Positions 25,001-34,468 of a DNA stretch of 39,904 nucleotides are shown one piece after another (position 1 is the stretch's first letter; each line of letters starts with the position of its first letter). Source of the stretch: Priapulus caudatus (Eukaryota). The translations under genes and the position numbers were made by a program. The DNA lies in NCBI RefSeq assembly GCF_000485595.1, contig NW_014577091.1:176394-216297 (forward strand). Direction: 5' to 3'. The notes beneath the pieces are model-generated. The model was not told the DNA's origin. It ran no database searches and saw only the letters and a list, made by a program, of their open reading frames with translations.

Positions 25001-26835
25001 TTTACGATGAATCCCGTCTTCTCACCTGTACAACACATCTACCATGAATTCCCACATCCTCACCTGCCCAATGATATCTACCCATATGCTTCATTTTTTA
25101 CATCCAGATCCAGATCCAGAAGACATCTAGCCTGGACTGCTGTGCACACCCGTCGATTTACCCTGGAAAACTGGATATCTGCTCTATTACCCTGCCCTGT
25201 CATGCCGATAGTAGCCCGATACCCAACGACTTACAGTACCCTGCACCGCCCATCAATCTACCCTGCACCACCCATCAATCTACCCTGCACCACCCATCAA
25301 TCTACCCTGCACCGCCCATCAATCTACCCTGCACCGCCCATCAATCTACCCTGCACCGCCCATCAATCTACCCTGCACCGCCCATCAATCTACCCTGCAC
25401 CATCAATCAATCTACCCTGCACCGCCCATCAATCTATCCTGCATCACCCATCAATCCACCCTGCACTGCTCCTCGATCTACCCTGCACGGCAGCGCTCAC
25501 CTGCAGCTCCTCCTCGGCCTTGCGGATCAACTCTTCGCTCAGGGTGCACACGTACGGCTCGTACATCGCGCTCGGCGATGAGCCCTCCGTCTCCTGAATG
25601 CTCCCAAAGCTACCCTCGGGAACGCTCCCGAAGCTGCCCTCGGCCTGCGACTGCAGCGAGCTGGAGTGCAGTGAGCCTGAATGCATCGAGCGCACGTCGC
25701 CGTTCTGACTCGACTCGGACGTCGTCGACGTCGAGTAGCCGTTGCGGTCGAGCTTCGCGCGCACCTTGCGCCGCACGCTCGTCGCCGTGACGATGCCGCT
25801 GCAGCCGGCGACGTCGAAGAGGTCGTGGGCGACGAGAGTGGGCGAGTCGTCGGCGCTGTGGTGCTCCTGGCGCGCGAGACGCGGGCTACGTCTCCGCACC
25901 GCCTCGCCCACGCTGAAAAACATCGCAGGGGGAACTACTCGTGAGTGTCGGAAATTACGCGAAGAAAAAGGCGGGATATTTCGATCGTGCGTGCACAGTG
26001 ATCCAGTTTTTTAAAATCCAAGTGACGGATTCTAGTTCTCACAGGCTACAGAACAAACTTTTCCTGATGCTAAACTGACTCACTTTCAGGTGTGTTAAAC
26101 ACGGCTGGCGGAACGACATATTTCTCAGCGTAATAGGGCACGAGAGGAATGAACCATCGCATGAACACTTTGTATACGTGACAATGAACATTACATTTTA
26201 CATTATATCTGATATAATCGACAATAGCCACTGAATATTATATTTCATTCAGCGAATTTAAGTGATAATGGCTGCTGCATACTTTACTTCTAGCGAAAAT
26301 AGGCAACAATGTAATGTTCTTGTCCATATAATATTCCATCAACCACTTGCAGTTTCTAAGGGTGCACTGATGTGCGTTAGTATGCTCGGCGATGCCTTTC
26401 TAGCTCTATACGGGTTCTTTCGCCACTCCTGTGCTTCCTTTGTAAACTAGATTAACTTGACTTGTATATTTCCTATTTGCCGCTGTACACTGTATATACA
26501 CGACTTATGCACAAAATAAACATATTGAATCTTGAATCTTGAATCTATACTCACTTATCACTTAATCTTGTCCTCGCACTGACGCTGTGACTGTCGCTAG
26601 CTGAGCTCTGCTTGTTGCTAAGACACTCCAATGGAACATCGCTGAGGCTCATTCTGTCGCTCAGGTTGCGTCTGTCACTCAGGTTCCGTCTATCGCTCAG
26701 GCTCTGTCTATCACTCGCACTCCTGCTATCATTCAGGCTCTGTCTATCGCTCAGACTCCGTCTGTCGCCGAGGTTGCGTCGTTCGGCTAGCAGGTACTGC
26801 TCGCGGTCGCTCAGATTCTCGGTGGACACCGACAT
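19029..26835 (-). CDS. CRAL-TRIO (Sec14-like) lipid-binding protein, alpha-tocopherol transfer protein-like/clavesin family, 522 aa. Exons: 26835-26555, 25912-25501, 23527-23378, 22885-22738, 21579-21386, 20613-20503, 19301-19029
   Basis: Phase-consistent exons total 1569 nt. CRAL-TRIO_N motif LSEELIRKAEEELQEKPEWR...DDSFLLRFLRARKYDYDRA; Sec14 domain motifs ETQINGIVAIIDF, QDCFPARFKGIHY and LHFHG...ISPDILPAEFGG; C-terminal GTFRK. The start ATG is in CAAC-ATG context. Exon 1 is inferred from a GTGAGT donor and an in-frame pyrimidine-rich acceptor, so it is less certain than exons 2-7. Confidence 0.9.
19474..20074. mobile_element. Degenerate TTAA-flanked TIR element (Kolobok-like)
   Basis: TTAA on both sides; weak termini aaggatac / ggatccct; internal inverted motifs aaaagttgcgca...tacagaccgaggg vs ccctcggtctgta...tgcgcaactttt. 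Confidence 0.45.
24495..24594. mobile_element. Short CATAG...CTATG MITE with internal 15-bp tandem repeat and probable 7-bp TSD
   Basis: TIR catagatatata/tatatatctatg; flanks atgtaac / gtgtaac (1 mismatch); unit tatatatctatgttg repeated about 5 times. Confidence 0.6.
24660..25070. repeat. Degenerate tandem repeat including a roughly 118-bp duplication (133-bp period) in CRAL-TRIO intron 2
   Basis: About 24765-24882 is repeated at about 24898-25015; recurring ctcacctg motif. Confidence 0.75.
25238..25488. repeat. 22-bp minisatellite next to the CRAL-TRIO exon 2 donor
   Basis: Unit accctgcaccgcccatcaatct repeated about 11 times. Confidence 0.92.
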
Positions 26836-27995
26836 GTTGACCTCGATACGCGACCTTGACCCGAGAATCGTGCGACGTCCGTGCGCACGCGGCCCGTACC
26901 GCTAGCCTCGCCAGCTGCCGTCGCACGAGCGGGCCTCGCCGGAGCAGATGTCGGCTGACATATGCCCCGATAAAAGCACGAGCACCTTCCCCGGCGACGT
27001 ACACAAGCAGCGGGAAGTGTCTCTGTGCGTGTGTGCGCGTGTATGTGCGTGATAGATCAATACCTCTGCTGAGTCGGCGCGCCTACCATGAAGACAGAAC
27101 AGTTTTAGTTACCGCGCTCTCGTATCCGCGCAAGCATCTATCCATACGTCATTCGATTTCAATTACGATGAGTTTGCACATCGTATACACTGTCACTATG
27201 CATGCACTTGCTGACATAATACGCATAGGTGCAGCGAAGGGCTCCTACACATCTACCGCACACTGGAAAGCTATCTATATAAAACGATTGCACAGAGTCG
27301 CCGCCGATAAAAACAAATCACCCTCGAGCCGGTCACTTAAAACCGCGTCGTTGCTGCGTGCATCGTGCTGACTGACAGACGAACACGGCAGCAGTAAAAC
27401 CCGATCCCCAGACACACAGCCGGCGACCCTTCTCGTCATCTGCCACCGTACCTAGCGCCAGGGAGTCTATAATAGCCCCTGCTAGCGCGCACCGCGCAAA
27501 CGACGCACGGTGCCGGTCTATAAACATCCAGGGGTATCTGAGCGATGAGTCATCGACGAGGTGTATGCACTGTGACCTATTCGACACGTCTGCCATTCAG
27601 ATAACACTAACAGCGGCGAACCGCAAGCCTGCCCGTACTATCTTCTGGGGAATTTTATCTTTGCGCTTGATAGAAAATAGAAATGCGTAAAATACCTCAC
27701 TCGCCCTTGCGAGCATATTAGAGCCTGTTCATGGTTTCGGATAGGGTAGAACATCTCATGGTTTCGTATTAAAAGCGTGAAGTATTACTCAACGTGACGT
27801 TGCAGACGCACACGTCTCCGTGAGAGCAGGCGCCTGAGTGCAACCAATGACGTTTACAAAACTGCTTTGCCAGTGACGAGCGATACTCTAGGAGCCAGGA
27901 ATACGGAATGCAGTAATAAATGGGCTATGTACATTGATATATTTGTTATTATTATAACCTCTGATATTAATACGTGAAGGTTCGTACATGCACAG

Positions 27996-28475
27996 CAGGC
28001 CCTCAGGTCCAGCTTTATATTGGGGGGTTCGTTTTTCAAATGTTGGCAATTTGCTCGCAGAGGCGGTACAGGTTTTGTACCAGGGGGTGGGGTCTAACCG
28101 TAAGAGGCCAAAGTTGCGAGGCAACGCGAAGGGGTGGTCTGGGTTTACAAATTATTTTTAAAATTATTTTTAAAATTAGAACCCCCTCAAGATGCGCTTT
28201 TCCTGCGCCAGCAAAGGGGCCGACTCCCTGACCCCCCTGTAACACGCCCCTTGCGCGGGCGCAAGCGACCAGGCGAGGAGCCAAGCGCCCGAGCGGGGGG
28301 AGGGTGTTCTGGGGGGGGGGTGTTCACTGTTCACCCTCCCGCACGATGGAGATTTTGCAATTATTACACTAAAATGGAGCGACCTGAGGTGATTCTTGCA
28401 AATTTTCAAAAATTATTATTTTTTGCTTGGGGGGGTTCGTTCGAACCCCCCGGACCCCCCCTGGCTACGAGCCTG
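27996..28475. mobile_element. GC-rich MITE (CAGGC...GCCTG type) with a probable nested related element at about 28058-28253
   Basis: Termini caggccc / ctggctacgagcctg; ggggggttcg...cgaacccccc subterminal hairpin; inner inverted pair cagaggcggtacagg / cctgtaacacgccccttg. No convincing TSD. Confidence 0.55.
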
Positions 28476-29283
28476 CACATGAACTGCATTCGTATTTGCT
28501 TACACGCATTCAATCCACCTCACTAGTATAAGGTTTCATCCTACTTTCACACACGGTTGCTTTTCTATGGATCCATAATATAAGGATATCAATAAGGCTA
28601 ATTATCAATTTCTATAGGTATAATTATCTCTTCATAGCCTCAATGCGAGGATGGTGAAAATACGTCGTTATTTAGTATAATTAATTTTCTGATATAGATG
28701 TCTGATGTTACATCATGTTTACATAAGACTAAATACTAATGAATCATGAATAAACATCAATTATTAAATAATTTTCAGCTGATCAGCTTCTAATCAGGTA
28801 CAACACTTCTGTATGCAGATCATACCTATACTACATTAGCTGCTGACTATAGTGAGCAATGTTTTCATTTGGTTGGCAGTCTATAGCTGAGTTCAGCCAA
28901 TACGACTGACTATATGTATATATACAGTAACTACTGGGTACAACTGCTTACAATCTGTAACAGACCTAGTTCATCACGGGCTACTCAGACATATATGCAT
29001 CATTCTATGTGTTTTAAAGTTGTTGTTTAATTAATATAAACTGAGCTGTATGTCCACTCAATTGAGTTGGCTCTCATGACAACTCGATCTGTTGTCACAT
29101 ACCGCTTCCAAAAATGTATCTTAGTTGTGTGCTTGGTTGTATAAATAATATTTTACTTCTAGCTGAATCAATTTTTTAAATGACACATTTTCTTAAACTG
29201 TAAGATTTAGTAACAAATGCATGGTCTTGTACAATTTTTCAAGTAAACATATGCAAACAAACACATTGTTGTACAAATTAGAT

Positions 29284-29323
29284 CAAGAGCTAATAATACC
29301 TAATAAGGTATTATTAGCACTTG
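29284..29323. mobile_element. 40-bp hairpin micro-MITE with 7-bp TSD
   Basis: caagagctaataatacct-aata-aggtattattagcacttg (18-bp arms, 1 mismatch); TSD ATTAGAT at 29277-29283 and 29324-29330. Confidence 0.82.
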
Positions 29324-29689
29324 ATTAGATGTAATTAACACTTTAACAGCGTAAATTCATCACTTAGTCTAGTCACCTTTAAGTCAATATATGTGCATAA
29401 TATTGTAAGCATGTTGGTTATTAACATATTGCATCTTAGTTCATGTATGCAATCTACCAAATGAACCACCAACATCTACAACAGACAGACCCTTCATTAT
29501 ACATTTACTAAACCCTGGATCCCCTTACAGATTTTCTAAATCCACCCCTGTAAGCTCCCTCGTGAATCTTAGTCAATAGACTCAATACACACCTACCATT
29601 GCAACCATGCATTCACATGATTCGCATCCATCCATGAGGGCTGGGATAATAATTCATTTTATAACATTGATCTCAGTTGGTTTTATATG

Positions 29690-30269
29690 CAGGGGTAGAA
29701 ATTATAGTTTGAAAATTTACAGGCCAGCCGGGCCTGTAGGTAATGGATTTTACAGGCCCGCCAGGCAAATTACAGGCCCGCATCATTCCCCGCGGATACC
29801 GCAGCATTTAAAAAAAATAAAAGACTGAAATTTGAATTGTTTTATTTACAGTAATACAAAGAACATATTCAGTGACTACTAATGAGCAGAATTCTCAGTC
29901 CTCCCTGGTGTCCTCACTCTCTGGACTCTTTTTAACTGTTAGCCGGGCTGCATGATTTCGATGTAAATGTGGCAGGAAATGAGTTAATTGGACCCCCTCA
30001 TTAGTGCAGATGACCACTGGTAATGATTAGAATTGCCATGCTTCAAAGCAGAGATTACACGCAGAACCCAGGTCACTGTTGTGCACAACTTGACACAAGT
30101 GAGTGATACTGCGGTAACTTTTCATCCTCGCTGGCATGCCGGGGACGGTTTTGCATGCTGGGGGTGGATTTTCTATGGGCCCGTCGGGCCTGCTAGTATT
30201 AGAAACGTCAGGCCCGAGCCATAAAATACAGGCATCGGGCCTGCAGGCCCCTTATGATTTCGACCCCTG
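29690..30269. mobile_element. Non-autonomous hAT-like element with 5-bp TSD (long form)
   Basis: TIR CAGGGGTAGAAAT / ATTTCGACCCCTG; TSD ATATG at 29685-29689 and 30270-30274; subterminal (A)GGCCCG motifs. Confidence 0.85.
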
Positions 30270-30390
30270 ATATGCCTCTGAATGTTCTGGGACTTTAAAC
30301 TTGAAGCCAGCAATTTATTCACTCTGAGCCTGTATATAGTTAAATGGATAAAGATAGAAAAATACAGAAAACAGGAAAATAATTAACCAA

Positions 30391-30462
30391 CTGATGGGAT
30401 TCGATCCAAATTAAGACCTTTCAGCCGTGACGTCCACGCTGTACCCGTCCGGCTATTGAGGC
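30391..30462 (-). mobile_element. Degenerate tRNA-derived SINE head
   Basis: Minus strand has A-box-like TAGCCGGACGG and B-box-like GGATCGAATCC at tRNA spacing, but no proper cloverleaf. Confidence 0.4.
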
Positions 30463-30628
30463 TTATTGGGTTTATAGATTATGGATGTGCCATGAATATA
30501 TGACAGCACTGTGACGTCATTGTCATTTGAGGCAGTTGAGGCACGTGATTTGTATCAACCAATGGGATTTGGGAGCTCGGTTCATGAACCGTGTAGGCAC
30601 GTGAACCGAGGTGACACATGAGCCTAAA

Positions 30629-30710
30629 GGTGTCTGGTTGACTCGGTTCATCTGCCCACTCGGGTGGCCGGCGAACCGAGTGGGCAGATGAACCGAGTCA
30701 ACCAGACACC
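30629..30710. mobile_element. 82-bp perfect hairpin inserted between AAA and TTT (Spy-like MITE)
   Basis: 35-bp perfect arms (38 bp with the flanking AAA/TTT), 12-nt loop, no TSD. Confidence 0.7.
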
Positions 30711-31060
30711 TTTGGGAGGTACCGGGGTATGCATGCTGCATATGCCATAGCTGCGAGTCAAAACGAGTACCAGCATGAGGTAGGGGCCTATCATGTATAA
30801 TAATATTAATATCTGGGGCTCAAGCTTAGTAAAAAAACTACTGCTCACAACTTGAACTAGACTGCTACAACATTCAACAAGTTTAAATACAATAGCTAGC
30901 CTAATGTAACCAAACAGAATACAATGCTGTTAACCCAGCTGGTTCAACCAAAATTAACCCAAATAAGGTTAGTCTAATAATAATAATAATAATGTAATGA
31001 CATAATAATAATAATTATAATGATAATGACATAATAATGACATAATATTAATAATAATAA

Positions 31061-31334
31061 CGCAGTGGCTACGGGTACGCCAGTCGTCGGTCGTTGAAGC
31101 CCTTTTTTGGCGTTAGGGTTAGGGTTAGGGTTAGGATTAGGGTTAGGGTTAGGTTTAGGGTTATGGTTATGGTTAGGGTTAGGTTTAGGGTTAGGGTTAG
31201 GGTTCTAGCTCATCTAAACTCTCAAATCGTGAATTTATTTCCCAAGGCGTTATTTCGAAATCTAGCGCCACCGCCGCCATCTTTGTCTCGTTAAGTATGA
31301 AAGCGAATGGACTGGCGTACCCGTAGCCTCTGCC
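31061..31334. mobile_element. PIF/Harbinger-like MITE carrying an internal (TTAGGG)~15 array, inserted in a (TAA)n tract
   Basis: TIR gcagtggctacgggtacgccagtc / gactggcgtacccgtagcctctgc (1 mismatch); TAA on both sides; telomere-type array at 31113-31204. Confidence 0.75.
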
Positions 31335-31594
31335 TAATAGTAATAATAATAGTAATAATATTAATAATGACACGCGCCCAACCTACTCTGGGGTCTGGGT
31401 CTGTGAATGAATTATTCAGTGTATAGCGGGAGTACCGAAAGCTAAACGGCCCCAAATATAATACATATGATGCATTAATTTTTAGTGATGCTTGTATGAA
31501 AAAATAACATGCAATGAGTTACCTGGAGGCTGGAAGAGAGTAATGACAAGAACAAAAATTTGGTTTCTCTCTGCGCTACGATATGACCTATGAC

Positions 31595-31608
31595 ATGTGA
31601 CGTCACAT
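31595..31608. promoter_or_regulatory. CRE-type palindrome upstream of SLC25A51
   Basis: 14-bp palindrome ATGTGACGTCACAT containing TGACGTCA, about 500 bp before the ATG and upstream of a pyrimidine-rich acceptor at about 31828. Confidence 0.4.
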
Positions 31609-32109
31609 TCGAACTCTACTTGTATGAGGGCGCTTCGATAGAACAGTATGGCAGCCTCCACCGTAATGTTAGATATTAATACTGACATATTTGACCTCTA
31701 TTTTGGCCCATGGGTTAAGTAAGTTAATATAGCATTGTTATTACTAGTAATATTAACATTGCTGATAATGTGAGCTATATTTGATTAGTTAAACCAACGA
31801 TTATTATGTTTATATTTCCCGTTTTTAGGTAACCATAGCGTGGCCCGATCGATTGTCGGCGGAGTATGGCTGAAGTGTTCCTGAGGCTGAGCGACACAAA
31901 TAACTTGGTACATGAAACAAATCATGCACTTGGAAGAAGACGAGTTTGAGTGCATTACAAGTTACAAGTTTAATGTCCAGTCTACCATTTCTTGACATGA
32001 CTGCATGACAAGCTGCCTGTCACACGCACACTAAGTAACAATAGGTCTATTGACTGTGCAAGTCGTAATTACTAGTAGTGTATAGAGGAATGACCAAAGC
32101 TTTACCAAG

Positions 32110-33030
32110 ATGTCGGTTCCAAGATTAACTAATTCCAGTTCACCTGCCTCGGTATTACCCAAGACTCCTGCCAAGACTGATAGCAAGTTGGAGTTCTTCT
32201 GTGGGTCATGTGCAGCTGTGATCAACATCTGTTGCACTTTCCCCCTAAACAAGATAATGTTTAGACAGCAACTTTTAGGCTTGACTACAACACAGGCTGT
32301 GCGTCAACTTAAGCAGGAGGGCTTGTTCAACCTGTACAGGGGCGTGGTGCCTATTCTTTGCCAACGCACAGTCACAATGAGCATTATGTTTGGGATGTAC
32401 GACAAGTACAAGAAAATACTAAAACAGAGCTATCCGTCCATGCCTGTTTATGTATATCGACCCATCGCTGCAATGCTTGCTGGTTCAACAGAAGCCATGC
32501 TCACTCCTCTAGAACGCGTGCAAAGTTTGTTGCAAGACCGACGCTACGATCGAAGGTTTCATGGCACTGTGCATGCATTTAGAGAGCTTAAAGGTTATAG
32601 CATGCGTGAATACTGGCGTGGTGTCATGCCAATTCTAATCAGAAATGGTCCTAGCAATGTCGTTTTTTTCGGTCTAAGGCAACCATTTAAAGACATGATG
32701 CCAGTCGTAGATACTATACGCAATCCAATGCTTTACTACTTGGAACATTTTTTGAGTGGTGCAATACTGGGAGCGAGCATCAGCACGATATTCTATCCAG
32801 TGAACGTCATCAAAACGAAAATGCAATCAAGATTAGGAGGAAAGTTCTTGACTTGTCGCGAAGCATTCTTCCTTGTTTTCAATGAGAGAGGGCGAAGTTG
32901 GCGTAATATGTTTCGTGGTGTCAATATGAACTTCACGCGGTCACTGGTGTCATGGGGAATTGTAAACGCATCCTATGAAGCCCTAAGGAAGCTAGTCTAT
33001 GGCCGCAGCGGAGAAGAGCTCACATCGTAG
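32110..33030 (+). CDS. SLC25A51: Mitochondrial carrier SLC25A51/MCART1-like (mitochondrial NAD+ transporter), 306 aa, single coding exon
   Basis: Uninterrupted ORF with three carrier repeats carrying the divergent signatures FPLNKIMFRQQ, TPLERVQSLLQD and YPVNVIKTKMQ. LYRGVVPIL, RNGPSNVVFFGLR and RSLVSWGIVNASYE are typical of SLC25A51/52. Confidence 0.93.
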   Translation: MSVPRLTNSSSPASVLPKTPAKTDSKLEFFCGSCAAVINICCTFPLNKIMFRQQLLGLTTTQAVRQLKQEGLFNLYRGVVPILCQRTVTMSIMFGMYDKYKKILKQSYPSMPVYVYRPIAAMLAGSTEAMLTPLERVQSLLQDRRYDRRFHGTVHAFRELKGYSMREYWRGVMPILIRNGPSNVVFFGLRQPFKDMMPVVDTIRNPMLYYLEHFLSGAILGASISTIFYPVNVIKTKMQSRLGGKFLTCREAFFLVFNERGRSWRNMFRGVNMNFTRSLVSWGIVNASYEALRKLVYGRSGEELTS

Positions 33031-33681
33031 ACGCACTTCATCTGCTTGCCATGTCAAGTCAACGACTCAGGAATTGATAATTTACCTGAAGTACTAGCAG
33101 AAGCATTGGCATACGCTTTCAAATTATAGTGATGTAACGTATAATGCACTACATGCACATATGTGATAGGTGTCAAATGAGAGTAATTTAACAGAATATT
33201 ATAGCATTGTATGTGCGTAGGTATTTTGCATGTGCCCGTTAAAACGTAAACACGAACGTTAAGCATGCAACGTGTGCCACATTTAATTGCTATTGTTGTT
33301 CAATCGCCACACGCGTTAAGAGTCTGTACCACATTAAACTCGGAATACTGTCCAGTTTATGTTTGCAGGGAATCACATTATACCAGCAGCATTTACCTTC
33401 ATTTAAAACAGCATTCCGAGAATTGCTGGTGTGAGCTAGGAATAGATCGATGCATCGAATTAGTACGTCAGGTTTTAAGTCAAGTCCTTGTATAGAGCTA
33501 TTAGAGCCAATTACATGTTCAGGTAAAAGGTGCAAAACCAAGCTGTATCAGTATTTAGCATATGCTAAAAACACGTTATAGTGTACTCTATTTACGTGAC
33601 CTCACTTAACTGACGTGACGTCTAGTAAGAATAGGTTCGGAAATGAGGTAGAGATATCTTTTTTACATGTCTATGTATGCA

Positions 33682-33687
33682 AATAAA
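33682..33687 (+). promoter_or_regulatory. Candidate polyadenylation signal of SLC25A51
   Basis: AATAAA about 650 nt downstream of the stop codon. Confidence 0.45.
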
Positions 33688-34051
33688 GCTACCACTCTTT
33701 CCAGCTAATCACGCTTCTGTGCTTGTTGTTATTAACCGACTAGATCCTCTTAAACTGCATGTATGTTGCCAACCTGTTGTGGCGAAATTTGTCATCCGCC
33801 TTTTACCCTACGAGCTTGCCAAGACGACATTGACAGAAGCGTAGTGTGTGCGTGCATTTTTTTACATGATTCTTGTTTGGGATCAAATGTTCCTAGCATT
33901 TTAAGACATTTAACATAATCAAGGCCACACTCTTTTTTGGTCCAGCCAAAATTTTGCCACAAGTTTTAGGCCCTGTTAGACATTACTCTCAGTATATATT
34001 TATGTAACTTGAGCCATTCAACTGAACACATTTAGTTTACCCCACATATTA

Positions 34052-34398
34052 AAACTAGACAGAGGGCACTCACGGAGAGTGCATACCTCCGCCAGCATGT
34101 AACATGTATGTGTATAACAGCTGGCTCGCTGCTGGCTTCTGCTGACAGGACGCCCTAAGGCGAGCTGCGGCTGACTCGACGCCCTAAGGCAAGCTGCTGC
34201 TGACTGGACGCCCTAAGGTGAGCTGCTGCTGACTCGATGCCCTAAGGCAAGCTGCTGCAGAATCGATCGCGCGAACACTAGTGGCTACACACACACACGA
34301 ACACACACACGAACACACACACACGAACACACACACGAACACACACACACGAACACACACACGAGACCGATTACATTACCTCCCTGGCGGAGGTAAAA
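34052..34398 (-). mobile_element. Helentron-associated non-autonomous element (HINE/DINE-1-like)
   Basis: Subterminal inverted repeats acctccgcca (34085-34094) / tggcggaggt (34385-34394); 3' stem-loop gcactc-N5-gagtgc; T-runs at both ends on the minus strand; internal 29-bp repeat about x4 and a (CA)n/GAACAC microsatellite. Confidence 0.8.
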
Positions 34399-34417
34399 AT
34401 GGAACTGCATATAACAT

Positions 34418-34468
34418 CAGGAGTTAATAATGACAAACAATGAAAAAATTAGTCATTATTAACTCCTG
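34418..34468. mobile_element. 51-bp hairpin micro-MITE with 7-bp TSD
   Basis: Perfect 17-bp TIR caggagttaataatgac; TSD ATAACAT at 34411-34417 and 34469-34475. Confidence 0.88.

Noticed and set aside
25007..25500. 196-aa Pro/His-rich plus-strand ORF
   Set aside because: Translation of the 22-bp minisatellite antisense to a CRAL-TRIO intron.
31113..31204. (TTAGGG)n as a true telomere or chromosome-fusion scar
   Set aside because: Short, degenerate, single orientation and enclosed by TIRs with TAA flanks.
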